A stretch of 63,683 bases of DNA, filler included, from Conidiobolus incongruus B7586 (GCA_000697335.1; 49 parts of 49 records of this genome joined end to end with filler, not necessarily neighbours in it); one strand, 5' to 3'; shown: positions 1 to 13,989, counted from the whole stretch's first letter. The notes: generated from the letters alone by a model not told the origin. Numbers and translations: made by a program.

Positions 1-219
1 AAATTTATTTATTAATTTAATCCTCAAAAATTAATTTCTATTAATTTCAATCCTTTATATTAAAATAACATCTATCTTTAGCTTAATATAAATACCCTAT
101 ATATTTAATAATAATGATAATTTAAATAAAACATCTATATTAATTTTTAATTAAATTATTTTATTATATATATTTGATTATTATAATTAAAAATAATATT
201 TATTAAAAAATATCAAATT

Positions 220-621
220 TGTAAATATAATGATAGACAAACCAATATAGTATAGAGGAAAACTTGATATAAGAGTAGTGTGGCACAAAATATAGCAAAA
301 TAGTGTGAAATGTAGTGTGTAAATATAAACAAAGTTTAATTAAGCTTTAAACTGAGATAAGTCACTGATATATTAAGATTTATATTAGGTAATACCAATA
401 TACTATATTATTAATAGAATATAGTCTCAATCTTAGAATTAATGTAAAAGTATAAAAAATAGTAAAAATTAAGAGAAAAAAAAAGAATTTAGTTTATTAA
501 ACAATTCAATGCTATTTATATAATTAATTTAATTATAAAAATATAAATTAATCATATAATTTATAGTTAATTAAATTATATAATAGTATATATAAGAATA
601 TAGAGAACTAGCCTCTTAATA
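220..621 (-). mobile_element. Solo LTR of a Ty3/Gypsy element (LTR family C)
   Basis: 402 bp, TG...TA (from CA), flanked by perfect 5-bp TSD AAATT (215-219, 622-626). Homologous to 20540-20932, 39547-39942 and 41246-41644. Confidence 0.9.
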
Positions 622-1735
622 AAATTATTTTTTAAAATTATAAGAATTAATAAACCAGAAAAAATTGGCTATAGCCTCCCTTTATTTTTTTTAGGAATAT
701 ATATAATAATTTATATTTTCCTATTCAAATCAACCCTTTGTTATTAAGTTTCGAAATTTAATTATAATTAAATTTGGATTTATATATAGCTTTCCGAAAG
801 TTATAATATCCTTTAATATATATAGTATTTTAGGAAAATATTATTTTTAGTTTTAAGCCAAAAATTAATTTTGTCATAACCAAATAAATACAAATAAATC
901 TTTGGTTTAAAGAGTTAAGAATAATATTCCCTTAAATTATTAACTTTATAAAAAGTTATTTTTATTATTATTTCAAATTAAAATCTAGTTTAAACATTAA
1001 ATAAAAGTTCTAAGACTTTATAAAAAAGGTTAATATATTTAGAAAAATATATAGTATTATATATAATCCCAAAAAATAATAAAAAATTAAAGTTAATATT
1101 ATTTGTATTATTAATTATAAATATATTAAAAAAATTAATTCCATATTATTCATTATATTTTGTTAAAAAAATAATAATATAATTTATACCTTATAATATT
1201 TTTATATTAATAATTAAGTTAAATATTCTATTTATATTAAGCTAAAGAAAATAATTTAATAATATAAACTTTAGGATTAATAGGAGTTTTTTTGTTAAGT
1301 TATAGTTTCTTTATTAAAATAAATATTATTTAAAAAACCTATATAATAATCATATAAATAAAAATATAATTCAACAAATCTATATCTATTGGGGCTTAGT
1401 GATATATTTATTAAATCATAACCAATATAACTATAATTGCTTTTTGCAATCAATTTTTTTATAAAAAGATTTTTAAAAATAAGTTTAATTAGTTTATAAA
1501 AGATTAGTTTTTAAGTTTTAATAAAAATAATTTAATATAAAAGATTTAACAATATTAATACAAAATGTTATTAATTATTTACTTTATGATAATTATATAT
1601 TAATTATAATATTAGAACTTGATGTTTAAAATATTTTATTATTTAAATTATCAAAGAAAAATATATTAAATTTTTTTATCATATATCTTTTCTCAATATT
1701 TTAATAGATCAATATTATAACTAAAACTATTATAT
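622..1735 (-). mobile_element. Degenerate LINE reverse-transcriptase remnant (probable)
   Basis: Minus strand gives transition-degraded motifs in LINE ORF2 order: IDCKK (~1450), TNNI read as (Y)ADDI (~1100), FVYLGY-like (~885), PK..KGG (~680). No open frame. Confidence 0.4.
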
Positions 1736-1835
1736 NNNNNNNNNNNNNNNNNNNNNNNNNNNNNNNNNNNNNNNNNNNNTTAATTAATTAANNNNNNNNN
1801 NNNNNNNNNNNNNNNNNNNNNNNNNNNNNNNNNNN
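1736..1835. other. Artificial contig-joining spacer (first of 48)
   Basis: Exactly N44-TTAATTAATTAA-N44 = 100 bp. The same spacer starts at 3231, 4490, 5866, 7205, 8700, 9943, 11304, 12595, 13864, 15102, 16407, 17751, 19128, 20322, 22047 and so on to 62528. The 12-mer is palindromic and gives TAA in all six frames. Confidence 0.98.
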
Positions 1836-1929
1836 TAAAATTAAAATATATATTAATAAAATATTATAATAAAATAAAACTTCTCTTAATAAATAATTTA
1901 GGAGGTTATTTTCAGTATATATAAAGATA

Positions 1930-3030
1930 TATTTTTGTAAATTGGAATATTTAAAATAGTGAATATATTATTATTAAGTTATTTTTTTATTTGATAAACA
2001 AAAATACTTAAATTGAAAATTTAATTTCTAATCCCATAAATCGAAACGAAAAAATATAATATAAATAAAATTAATTTCGTCACGATTATAATGAAATTGC
2101 CACTAATAAGGTAACAACAATAACTATTTGATATGTTTTTAAAATGATGTTAATTAATTTTAATCTTTGGTAATCCTAAATATAAATTTATAATATTTAA
2201 TTTTAATCTTATAAGATTTAAATATTTTTAATTATAAATTCAATAGGTTGAAATTATAATTTTAAATTTATTTTTTATTGAGGATATTTATTAAAATTGG
2301 CGAAAAACGGTTATTATTATATATAATAACTGTTCTTAGTCTGATTTCTTTTATCATTTTTTAATTTCTTATCTTTTTCAACCTCACTAATTTAAATTTT
2401 TATTTAGAGAATATAGTTTTCCATTGTATTTCAATTGATTCGATACCTATTCGGATTTTATTTACGAACATTCCTATCAATTTTCCTATTTTTTAATTAA
2501 TATACTCTAACTTATCCTGATATTACCCACCTGAAATATAAATTGGTTTGGGAATAAGTTTCAATCCAAATTTTTAATGATAGAATATTAATTGAGTTAA
2601 ATTAATTTTCACTTTAATGAAGGTTTGTTATATTATCATATATAACTAAATTATTGACTTTTAAATATTCATTACGAATACAAACACTTCTTAGTTTTCA
2701 AACTTCATATTTTAAATTTTTTTCAATTTAATTAATTAATTTAGATTATTTATTAAAACATAAATCTGATAAGTTAATACTTTTTTACCGATGGTTTTAA
2801 CTTTGATACTACTGCAAAAACTTAAATCATTTTCTACTAATTACCTTCAACAATCTGTTCATCATAAATTTATCAATTCAGGGATTTTAATATATTCAAT
2901 TTTTTTGATGAAATTTATAAATCCAACCAAATTGATTTTCTAATAAATAAAGATTAGAACTCGAACTCAACTTTGTTAAAGCAACAATAATTATTTATTC
3001 AATTTTAAAATTATTTCCAAATGAAATATA
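1930..3030 (+). pseudogene. Possible decayed host gene, F-box/LRR-like
   Basis: Single copy in this window and retains CpG. Short Leu-rich pieces (LTNLNFYLENIVF, LKSFSTNYLQQSVHHKFINS) broken by many frameshifts. Resemblance only. Confidence 0.2.
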
Positions 3031-3330
3031 ATTAATTATTACATACATCAATTAATTATATATTAACTTTTTCAACTTATTAAGGATTTCATATAATATT
3101 AAAATTATAATTAATATTATTATATTATAATATAAAAAAATTAAATTAAAATTAATATAATCAATTTAATATATAAATAAGTTTATAAATATATATATTT
3201 ATTCATAAAAAAATACTAATTAATATGATANNNNNNNNNNNNNNNNNNNNNNNNNNNNNNNNNNNNNNNNNNNNTTAATTAATTAANNNNNNNNNNNNNN
3301 NNNNNNNNNNNNNNNNNNNNNNNNNNNNNN

Positions 3331-3410
3331 TAAATAAATAAATAAATAAATAGTTAAATAAATAAATAAGTAAATAAATAAATAATTAGATATATAAATA
3401 AATAAATAAA
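3331..3410 (+). repeat. Imperfect (TAAA)n microsatellite
   Basis: Read directly at the contig start. Confidence 0.85.
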
Positions 3411-4489
3411 TGCTTGTTATATTTCCCCCCTACCTTTTTGCTATTAAAGTAAAAATAAATTAATTTAAAAAAAGTAAGATAAAAAATAAATTATAAGTAA
3501 ATTTATATAAAAGATAAATATATATAAACTAATTAAATAAAGATGTCACACTCTTTTTAAACTTTATTATAATATAATAAAGATTTTTTCAAAAGAATAT
3601 TTTAGATTTAAAGTTAAAATAAATAAGTATATAAAAGATATTAGCTTTATTTTGTTAAGTAGCTTTATTTAATAGATATCTTAGTTATTAGATAAAACAT
3701 TTGTTTTTGTTATAATATTTTCTGTGGTTAAAAATTTTATCTATTATATAATAATTATTTCAATCATTAAAGTTGATAGGTGGTAGTTTAGAATAAGTTT
3801 CTTTTAATAAGAAATCTTTAGTAAGATTTTTATATAGTTTAAAAATATTTATTTAGAAAACTAAATATATTTTCAAGTTAGGTAATAAATAATATTTATA
3901 TATTTCAGGATTAAAAATTTTATTCTTGATAAAATAAAGATTTAATTATTTATGTAATAATTTTTTAATTGGATAATTTAAATATTAAGATAGATTGATA
4001 TTTTTAGAACTTAATAAGATTAATAAACTAGTTGAAAAATTTAGGAAAAATAAAGATTTCTGGTTATAATAGTAAGCTTACTTGTTTTAAGCTTTAAAAG
4101 TTTTTTTTAGCAATAAATAATTAAGAATTAATATAAATAATAAAGTTATTAACATTAGTTACAATATTTATAAATAGTGGTATAATATTAATAGAGTTAA
4201 GATATTAACTAAAATTTAAGTAAAATAGTATTATTCTTATAAAAAAGTTAATTGAATTATTTATAACAAATTCTAAAAAGATAAGTTATTGATTTAATTT
4301 ATTATATTATAATTAAAATATAATATAGAAGTTTTTATTAATATTTAAATTATTATTTTCTAATTATTTATCTAAACTTTAATAATATATATTAGAGAGA
4401 TTATATTTATATTTTAACAATTTTATAAAGTTTTGCTAGAATTTAAAAGTGGATCTAGTTTTTTTAATAGTTATAATTATATTAAGAAA
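3411..4489 (-). mobile_element. Unclassified hypermutated repeat, possibly a LINE 3' region
   Basis: CpG-free and TpA-rich like the other TE relics. Minus strand has LYKIV near 4420 and runs into a simple-repeat tail. Confidence 0.25.
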
Positions 4490-4669
4490 NNNNNNNNNNN
4501 NNNNNNNNNNNNNNNNNNNNNNNNNNNNNNNNNTTAATTAATTAANNNNNNNNNNNNNNNNNNNNNNNNNNNNNNNNNNNNNNNNNNNNATATATTATTA
4601 TATCTTTTTTCTTTCTTTATTATTATTTTATATAATATTTTATAGATATATTAAATTTATTTTATTAAT

Positions 4670-5865
4670 ATTATTATACCTAAATCCCTCTCTAAAATAA
4701 TCTACTTGTGTATTAATCAACTTTATAAAAAAGGTAAATTAACTTATGATATTGCTAGAATTATTAGTGTTAACTAGTTTAATATAGTTTAAGCTATTAA
4801 AAATAGCAATAAAAACATATTTAAACTTAAACTTAAATATATTAAGATGATAAATAAACATAATAAGAAGTATATTTATTTGTTAGTTAATATAAGCAAA
4901 TATAATATTATTGTAAAATATAACTAGAACTATAAGATTATATAAGAATATTAGTTAATACTGATATTATTATACATACTTTATATTAACATAAATACCA
5001 CTCTTATTTTAAAAAAAACACCCCCAACTAAAAAAATTCCATTGTAAAGTTAAGCAAGAGTTTAAATATCACCACTAATATTAAATTAAAACTAATTCAA
5101 GTAAAGTTATTAAATCTAATAAAATAAAAATATATCTTAGTAAATTTAATAAAAAAGCTAAATAGTTTAGAAAAGATATAAAATTACTTTATAACCATTA
5201 TGTTAATTTTACCTAAAAGTATAATGGTAGGTTAATTATTATTTAATAGTATATGTTATCTTTAGATATAAGATATTTTTATAAAATTAATAAGGGAATT
5301 AATGATATGATATATTAAAATATTTTAAATAATAAATATAAAAAAACCATTAAATAATATAAGTTAAATAAATCTAATGTTATTTTCTAATAAGATAATA
5401 CCTCTTGTTATATTATAACTTTTACTACCAAATAGCTTAAAAATAACAAGATAATAGTTATAAAGTATTTTTTTTAATTTTTTAACCTTAACCTAATTAA
5501 ATACTTTTGAGATTAGTTAAAAAAACTATTAAAGCTTTCCCTCTAATAAAAAATTTAGATTAACTTTAAAAATATATTTGAGAAACATAGAATAAGATTA
5601 ACCTTTCCTAGTATAAAAAGTTCATTGATTCTATAACCTATAAACTTAAAGAAGTTAAAAAAGCTAAAAGTAGATACACTAAGTTTTAATTTTTTTATCA
5701 CTAAAAACCTATAAATTTATAACTTACCTTAGGTAAAATTTAAAGTTTTATATTTTAACCAATTAATAGCTAAATATTATAATTAAATAATATATTTTAT
5801 TAGTAAATATAATAGATTATAACTATTTAATTTAAGTTTATTTTATTAAATATTAATTAAGTTAT
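4670..5865 (+). mobile_element. Tc1-like (DD34E) transposon relic
   Basis: The 5394-5500 region reads D-N-T-S-C-Y...NLNLIK, matching QDNAPCH...PDLNPIE with 34 residues between D and E. Homologous to about 20 copies in the window. Confidence 0.9.
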
Positions 5866-6051
5866 NNNNNNNNNNNNNNNNNNNNNNNNNNNNNNNNNNN
5901 NNNNNNNNNTTAATTAATTAANNNNNNNNNNNNNNNNNNNNNNNNNNNNNNNNNNNNNNNNNNNNTATATTTAATAATATATGTTAATCTACAAAAATAA
6001 ATTATAAAATCAAAAATATATATATTTCAATTAATAACTAAAACAATTATA

Positions 6052-7204
6052 TACTAGCCTGTAAAAGTAAGTTATAAAATTATGATTATATATATTATTA
6101 TCAATAACTCTGTTAATTCTTGATCAAATTAATTAAATTAAAATATATAATAGACTTATATTATTTATTTATAATTAAATATATTTAATCTAATTATATT
6201 AACTTTTAGTTGATATATTAAAATTTAAATTTTACCTAAGGTAAGTTAGAAATTTGTGTGTTTTGGTTATAAAAAGAAAATTAAAACTTAGTATATTTAC
6301 CTTTTGCTTTCCTAACTTCTTTAAGTTTATAGGGTATAAAGTTAATTAACTTCTTATATTAAGAAGGATTAATTTTGTTCCAAGCTTCTTAAATATATTT
6401 TTAAACCTTATTTAAATTTTTTATTTGTGGGAAAGCTTTAACTACTTTTTTTAACAGATCCCAAAGGTATTCAATTAGATTAAAGTTAAAAGATTAAAGA
6501 AACTACTTTATAACTATTATTTTATTTTTTTTAAATTAATTGGTAGTAGAAATAATAATATAACAAAGGGTATTATATTATTAGAAAATAATATCTGATT
6601 TATTTAACCTATACTACTCAATAGTTTTTTTTAATTCATTGTTTAGAATATTTTAATACATTTCATTATTAATTCCCTTATCAGTTTTATAAAGATACCT
6701 TATACTAAAAGATAATATATATCCTTAAATTATAATTAACCTATTATTATATTTTTGGGTTAAAATAACATAATGGTTATAAAGTAGTTTTTTGTTTTTT
6801 CTGAAATATTTAGCTTTTCTATTAAATTTACTAAAGTATTTTTTTGTTTCATTAGACTAAATAACCTTAATCTAATTAGTTTCAGTTTAACTTTAATAGT
6901 GATATTTAAACTCCCACTTAGTTTTATGGTGGGACTTTTTTAATTAGGGGTGTTTTTTTTAAAATGCAAATAGTGTTTATTATAATATAAATTAAATATA
7001 ATAATATTAGTACTAACTAATATTCTTGTATAGTTTTATAATTTTTTTTGTATTTTTATAGTAGTATTACATTTACTTATACTAACTAACCTATAAATAT
7101 ACTTTTCATCATATTTATTTATAATCTTAATACACTTAAATTTAAATTTAGATATATTTTTATTATAATTTTTAATAGATTTAACTATAATAAACTAACT
7201 AACA
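6052..7204 (-). mobile_element. Tc1-like transposon relic with 3' terminus
   Basis: Reverse-complement copy. Terminus TA|TACTAGCCTGTAAAAGTAAG at 6050. Confidence 0.9.
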
Positions 7205-7304
7205 NNNNNNNNNNNNNNNNNNNNNNNNNNNNNNNNNNNNNNNNNNNNTTAATTAATTAANNNNNNNNNNNNNNNNNNNNNNNNNNNNNNNNNNNNNNNN
7301 NNNN

Positions 7305-7339
<35 letters not shown>
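7305..7339. repeat. (TA)n microsatellite
   Basis: Read directly at the contig start. Confidence 0.9.
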
Positions 7340-7344
<5 letters not shown>

Positions 7345-7389
7345 TTATTATTATAAATTATTATTGTAAATTATTATTTTGAATAATAT

Positions 7390-8643
7390 TAATATTAAAA
7401 TACTTAAATCCCTTTCTAAGAAAATTCATTTGTATATTAATCAACTTTATAGTGAAAGTAAATTAACTTATAAGATTATTGGAATTATTAGTGCAAGCTA
7501 GTTTATTATAGTTAAAGCTATTAAAAATTATAGTTAAGATATATTTAAACTTAAATTTAAATGTATTAGGATTATAAATAAAGATGATAAAAGCTATATT
7601 TATAGGTTGGTTAATATAGGTAAGTATAATATTACTATAGAAGTATAAAAAAATTATAAATTATATAAGAATATTAGTTAGTACTAATATTATTTTACAT
7701 GCTTTATATTATAATTGATATTACTTATATCTTAAGAAAAAACATTTTTAACTAGAAAAGTCCTATTATAAAGTTAGGTAAAAGTTTAAATATTATTATT
7801 AAAGTTAAACTAAAATTAATTAGAGTAAAGTTATTTAGTTTAATAAAACAAAAATATACTTTAGTAAATCTAATAATAAAGCTAGATATTTGAGAAAAGT
7901 CAAAGAATTACTTTGTAATCATTATGTTATTTGAACCCAAAAATATAATAATAGGTTAATTATAATTTAGTGATATATATTATTTTTTGGTATAGGGTAT
8001 TTTTGTAAAGTTGATAAGGGAATTAATATTGAGATATATTAAAATATTCTAAATAATAAATTAAAAAAACTATTAAATAATATAAATTAAATAAATCAGA
8101 TATTATTTTCAAATAAGATAATACCTTTTATTATATTATTATTTTTACTACCAAATGGTTTAAAAATAATAAAATAATAGTTATAAAGTGGTTTCTTCAA
8201 TCTTTTAATTTTAATCTAATTAAACACCTTTAGGATTAGTTAAAAAAAGTAATTAAAACTTTCCCACTATCAAAAAATTAAAATAAGCTTTAGTAATATA
8301 TTTAAGAAGCTTAAAACAAAATTAATCCTTTTTAATATAAAAAATTAATTGACTCTATATCTTATATACTTAAGGAAATTAAAAAAGCAAAAGATAAATA
8401 TACTAAGTTTTAATTTTCTTTTTATAACCAAAATACACAAATTTATAACTCATCTTAGGTAAATTTTAAATTTTAATATATCAACTAAAAATTAATATAA
8501 TTAGATCAATTATACTTAATTATAAATAAATAATATAAATTTATTATATTTTTTAATTTAAAATAATTTGATTAAGAATTAACAAAGTTATTGAAAATAA
8601 TATATATAATCATAATTTTATAACTTACTTTTGCAAGTTAGTA
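7390..8643 (+). mobile_element. Tc1-like transposon relic with 3' terminus
   Basis: Homologous to the family. Ends ...CTTTTGCAAGTTAGTA|TA. Confidence 0.9.
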
Positions 8644-9302
8644 TAATTGTATATTATTAATATTAAAGTATTAAATATAATTAAGCTTATTATAAATAAN
8701 NNNNNNNNNNNNNNNNNNNNNNNNNNNNNNNNNNNNNNNNNNNTTAATTAATTAANNNNNNNNNNNNNNNNNNNNNNNNNNNNNNNNNNNNNNNNNNNNA
8801 AAGTTAATTTTATAAATTTATTAATTAATTTAAAATTTAAGCTTAAATTAGTTTATTATAATATAAAATCGATATGTAATAAAAAAATTACAAAAATATT
8901 AGATTAGTTATAACTTAATAAAATTAATGAAAAATACAAAAAACAGAGAATTTTATGTAATATGATAATAATGATTAAATATTAAATTCCTATATATTAT
9001 ATTTTATTTTTAAATAAAATATATAATTAAATATTAAAAAACTTTTTGATATATATATCAACTTATAATATAAGTTACAAAACTATAATTAATTATATCT
9101 TTACTTGAAATATAAATAAATCCTAATTAAGCTAATTTAAACTGGATTGATTAATTAAACAATATTATATAATTTTAATATACTTTGTTTGATTGTATTT
9201 AATTAACTATTGGTTAAGAAATTAAATTTTAAAATATAACAAAAATTAAATATAAAATTATATATATAACAAAACTTTAATTTTTCTATTTTAATTATAT
9301 AT

Positions 9303-9547
9303 TGTTAAGGTTTAAACTTACCCTATTAGGAGGAATCCTGCAAAAGGATAGAAAGTGTTAGACAAAAAAACCAAAAAGATAAGTAAAAGATAACGAAAGA
9401 GTAAAGTTAATAGAAATAAAGAAAGGAGTTTATTTAAGAAAGTTAGATGGTTTAAATATTTCAAACTTATCAAACAATGGTTTATAAGATAGATTATCTA
9501 GAATATCATAAGTTCTCAAAACAAGCAAGTAAAATACTCCCTCAATA
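9303..9547. mobile_element. Possible solo LTR of a second family
   Basis: 245-bp GC-richer, purine-rich block bounded by TGTTAAGG...CCTCAATA, an inverted repeat if transitions are reversed (TGTTGAGG/CCTCAACA). TSD not clean. Confidence 0.4.
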
Positions 9548-9585
9548 TATTAGTTATTTATTATTTTTTAATCTTGATATTATTA

Positions 9586-9942
9586 CTATAGAATTAAAAA
9601 AATAGGAAATTTTTTAATTTCTAATTTTTTAAACTTATTATTAATTTTAAATAAAAAAATCATTTTTTAAAATTAGTTATTTAATTTAATTATGTTTAAA
9701 CTAAATAATGATTATTAAAAGTTTTTTATTTTAGTATTAATAAAACTAAACTATAAATTCTCTAAAATTATTTAAATTTTATAAGTAGCTTTTGATGACA
9801 AGTTATTATTTAAAGCAAAAATTTATTATTAAGTATATTATTTTAAGATTAAAAGAAAAATTATCTAAAAATTATTAAAATCTAAAAAAAAACTTTAATT
9901 ATTATTTTTTTAAATATTAATAGAGTGAAAAAATATATTAAA
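9586..9942 (+). mobile_element. mariner relic, 5' end with TIR
   Basis: TA|CTATAGAATTAAAAAAATAGGAAATTTT matches the family terminus at 22150, followed by the HTH-coding region. Confidence 0.85.
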
Positions 9943-10042
9943 NNNNNNNNNNNNNNNNNNNNNNNNNNNNNNNNNNNNNNNNNNNNTTAATTAATTAANN
10001 NNNNNNNNNNNNNNNNNNNNNNNNNNNNNNNNNNNNNNNNNN

Positions 10043-11128
10043 ATTTAAATATATTAAAATTATAAATAAATATAATAAAAGGTATATTTATAGATTAATT
10101 AATATAAGTAAATATAATACTATTATAGAAATATAAAAAGAATTATAAAACTATATAAGAGTATTAGTTAATATTAATACTATTATATATATTTTATATT
10201 ATGATAGATATTACCTATATTTTAAGAAAAAACATCTTTAACTAAAAAAGTCTAATTATAAAGCTAGGTAAAAGCTTAAATGTTATTATTAAAGTTAAAC
10301 TAAAACTAATCAAAATAAGGTTATTTAAATTAATAAAATAAAATATATCTTAATAAATCTAATAAAAAACTAAATATTTCAGAAAAGACAAAAAATTATT
10401 TTATAACCATTATGTTATTTTAACCCAAAAATATAATAATAGGCTAATTATAATTTAAGGATATATATTATCTTCTAATGTAAAAATTCTTTATAAAGTT
10501 AATAAGCAAATTAATATTAAGATTTATTAAAATATTATAAACAATAATTAAAAAAATAACTATTGAATAGTATAGGTTAAATAAATCAGATATTATTTTC
10601 TAACAAGATAATATCTTTTATTATATTATTATTTTATTACTAAATGGTTTAAAAATTATAAAATAATTGTTATAATGTAGTTTTTTTAATCTAACTTTAA
10701 TTTAATTAAATATCTTTAGGATTAGTTAAAAAAATAATTAAAGTTCTCCTATTAGTAAAAAATTAAAATGAGTTTTAAAAATTTATTTAAGAAGTTTAAA
10801 ACAAAATTAATCCATCTTAATATAAAAGGTTAGTTAATTCTATACCTTATAAACTTAAGGAAGTTAAAAAAGCAAAAGATAGATATAGTAAGTTTTTATT
10901 TTGTTTTTATAACTAAAATACACAAATTTATAACTTTTTTTAAATAAAATTTAAATTTTAATATATTAACTAAAAGTTAATATAATTAGATCCAATATAT
11001 TTAATTATAAATAAATAATATAAATTTATAATATATTTTAATTTAAATTAATTTCATTAAGAAATAATAGAGTTATTAATAAAAATATATAAAATCAAAA
11101 TTTTATGACTAACTTTTATAGGTTAGTA
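10043..11128 (+). mobile_element. Tc1-like transposon relic with 3' terminus
   Basis: Family homology. Ends ...CTTTTATAGGTTAGTA|TA. Confidence 0.9.
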
Positions 11129-11403
11129 TATATACTAGAGAAATTTAACTTATTAAATTATTAAAATTTAAAAATATTTTAGTAATTTAAATTATGATTT
11201 TTACCATTAATTATCACCTTATTGTTAATTTTTACTAGTTATTTTATAAATATACTTGATAATATTATAATTAACTTTAGGTATTTTAATTATACCATCT
11301 TTTNNNNNNNNNNNNNNNNNNNNNNNNNNNNNNNNNNNNNNNNNNNNTTAATTAATTAANNNNNNNNNNNNNNNNNNNNNNNNNNNNNNNNNNNNNNNNN
11401 NNN

Positions 11404-12594
11404 ATATATATATATATATATATATATATATTGATTTTTTTGATTATAAATTTTTTTTATTAATTATTTCATTTAATCTATTTATATCAAATAATGATAA
11501 TTAAAAGTCTTTTTTTCAGGTTTAATCAAATATAACCATAAATTTTTTAAAATTATTCAAAATTTACAAGCAGCTTTTGATAATAAAATATTATATAAAT
11601 CAACAATTTATTGCTTGGTAAATTACTTTAAGGCTAGGAAAAAAACTATCTAAAATTTGTTCAAATCTAGAAGATTAACTTTAACTATCATTTTTTTTAA
11701 TTATTAATATAATAAAAAAACATATTAAAAAACATCAATTTATTTCAGCTAGATAATTATCTAAGCATTTAATATTAGTTTTATAAGTATTTTAAATATA
11801 TTAAAACTTAAATTTATAAATAAAAATGCAAAATAGGTATCTTATAATTTAATTAAAACTTAAATAAAAGCTAGATCAGTTGTTGCTAAATAAAACTTAC
11901 TAAAATATTATTAAAACCCTAGATTTTTATAATAAATAATTGTAATTGATGAATCTTAGGTTTTTATATATAATCCTTTACCAAACCACAAATCAAAATA
12001 TTAGATTAAGATAAAACAACCACTTCCATAAATCCCTTTAATTAAATATTATATTAATAAGTTAATATTAATTATTTGAATGGATTATAATGGTATATGC
12101 TATTTTTATTCAGATCTTGAAGGAAAATCAATTTATAATAAACTTTATATTGCTTTTTTGAATAAAAGCATTTCTAATTAATATTTTTAATAAAATTTAA
12201 GAAAACCTAATATTTTGCATAATATTTACAAAATATATAGATCTAAAACTGTAAAAAACTTTTAGATTAAAAATAACTGGAAAAAACTATTATATCTTAA
12301 TATACTCCCCAGATTATAATCCAAGTTATTATAATTATTTTAAGCATTTAAAAAACCATCTTGCAAAAAAGAAAATTTATACAAAAAAATTTAATTATTT
12401 TATAAAATATGCAAAATCAGTCAATAATAAAAAGAATTATTTTTTAGGTATTAGGTCTTTTGTCAAAATATGGTAAAAAGTTATTAATAATAAAGAAACT
12501 TTGAAATTTTTATTTTATATTTATTTTATAAATTATATATTAAAATTTTTATTTATTTTGAATTACAAAAAATTCCCATTTTTAAAAATACTAT
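11404..12594 (+). mobile_element. mariner (DD34D) transposon relic with 3' TIR
   Basis: IVIDES*, YNPLPNHKSK, ILHN and YSPDYNP motifs. The 3' end AAAAATTCCCATTTT is the inverse of the 5' TIR. Confidence 0.92.
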
Positions 12595-12694
12595 NNNNNN
12601 NNNNNNNNNNNNNNNNNNNNNNNNNNNNNNNNNNNNNNTTAATTAATTAANNNNNNNNNNNNNNNNNNNNNNNNNNNNNNNNNNNNNNNNNNNN

Positions 12695-13172
12695 TTAAAC
12701 AATAAATTAAAAAAATTATTAAAAAATATAAGTTAAATAAATCTAATATTATTTTCTAATAAGATAATATTTTTTTATTATATTATAATTTTTATTATTA
12801 AATAACTAAAAAATAATAAAATAATAGTTATAAAGTGGTATTTTTAATTTTTTAATATTAACCTAATTAAACACCTTTAAGATTAGTTAAAAAAAGTTGT
12901 TAAAGCTTTTCCCTTAATAAAAAATTTAAATCAACTTTAAAAATATATTTAAGAAGCATAAAACAAGATTAATCTTTTTTAAAATAAAAAGTTAATTGAT
13001 TTTATACCTTATATACTTAAAGAAGTGAAAAAAACTAATGGTAAATATATTAAGTGTTAATTTTTTTTTATTACCAAAAAACAAATTTATAACTTATTTT
13101 AAGTAAAATTTAAAAATTGATATTTTAACTAATTAATAACTAAATATCATCATTTAATAATATATTTTATTA
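12695..13172 (+). mobile_element. Tc1-like relic, 3' half
   Basis: AACCTAATTAAACACCTT read as NPIEHL; family homology. Confidence 0.85.
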
Positions 13173-13239
13173 ATTCTTAATTAAATTAATTTTAAATAAA
13201 TTAGATAATAAACTTATATTATTGAATTATAATTTAATA

Positions 13240-13863
13240 TTTTTGAATAAATTATATTAACTTTTTGCTAATATATTAAAATTCAAAGTTTATTTAAAAT
13301 AAGTCATAAATTTGTAAGTTTTTGGTAATAAAAAAAAATTAACACTTAATATATCTATCTTTTTGCTTTTTTAATTTATTTAAGTTAAAAAGGTATAAAA
13401 TCAACTAATTTCTCATATTAAGAAAAAATAATTAATTTTAACTTTCTAAAATATATTCCCAAAGCTTATTTAAATTATTTGCTAATAGGAAAGTTTTAAT
13501 TATTTTTTTTATTAATTCTAAAGGTATTTAATTAAATTAAGGATAAAAGATTAAAAAAGCCACTTTATAACTATTATTTTATTATTTTTCAACTATTTTG
13601 TAATAGAAATAATAATATATCAAATGGTTTTATCTTGTTAAAAAATAATATCTAATTTATTTAAATTTATTATTTAAAATATTCTAATATATTTTAATAT
13701 TAATTTCCCTATCAGTTTTATAAAAATATTTAATATTAGAATATAATTTTTATTTTAAAATTACAATTAACTTATTATTTTATTTTTGGGTTAAAATAAC
13801 ATAATGGTCATAAAGTAATTTTTTGTGTTTTTAAAAATATTTATGTTTTTTATTAAATTTATA
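13240..13863 (-). mobile_element. Tc1-like relic, 3' half, inverted relative to the preceding copy
   Basis: Reverse-complement family homology. Confidence 0.85.
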
Positions 13864-13989
13864 NNNNNNNNNNNNNNNNNNNNNNNNNNNNNNNNNNNNN
13901 NNNNNNNTTAATTAATTAANNNNNNNNNNNNNNNNNNNNNNNNNNNNNNNNNNNNNNNNNNNNATTTAAAATTTTAATTTAAATATATT

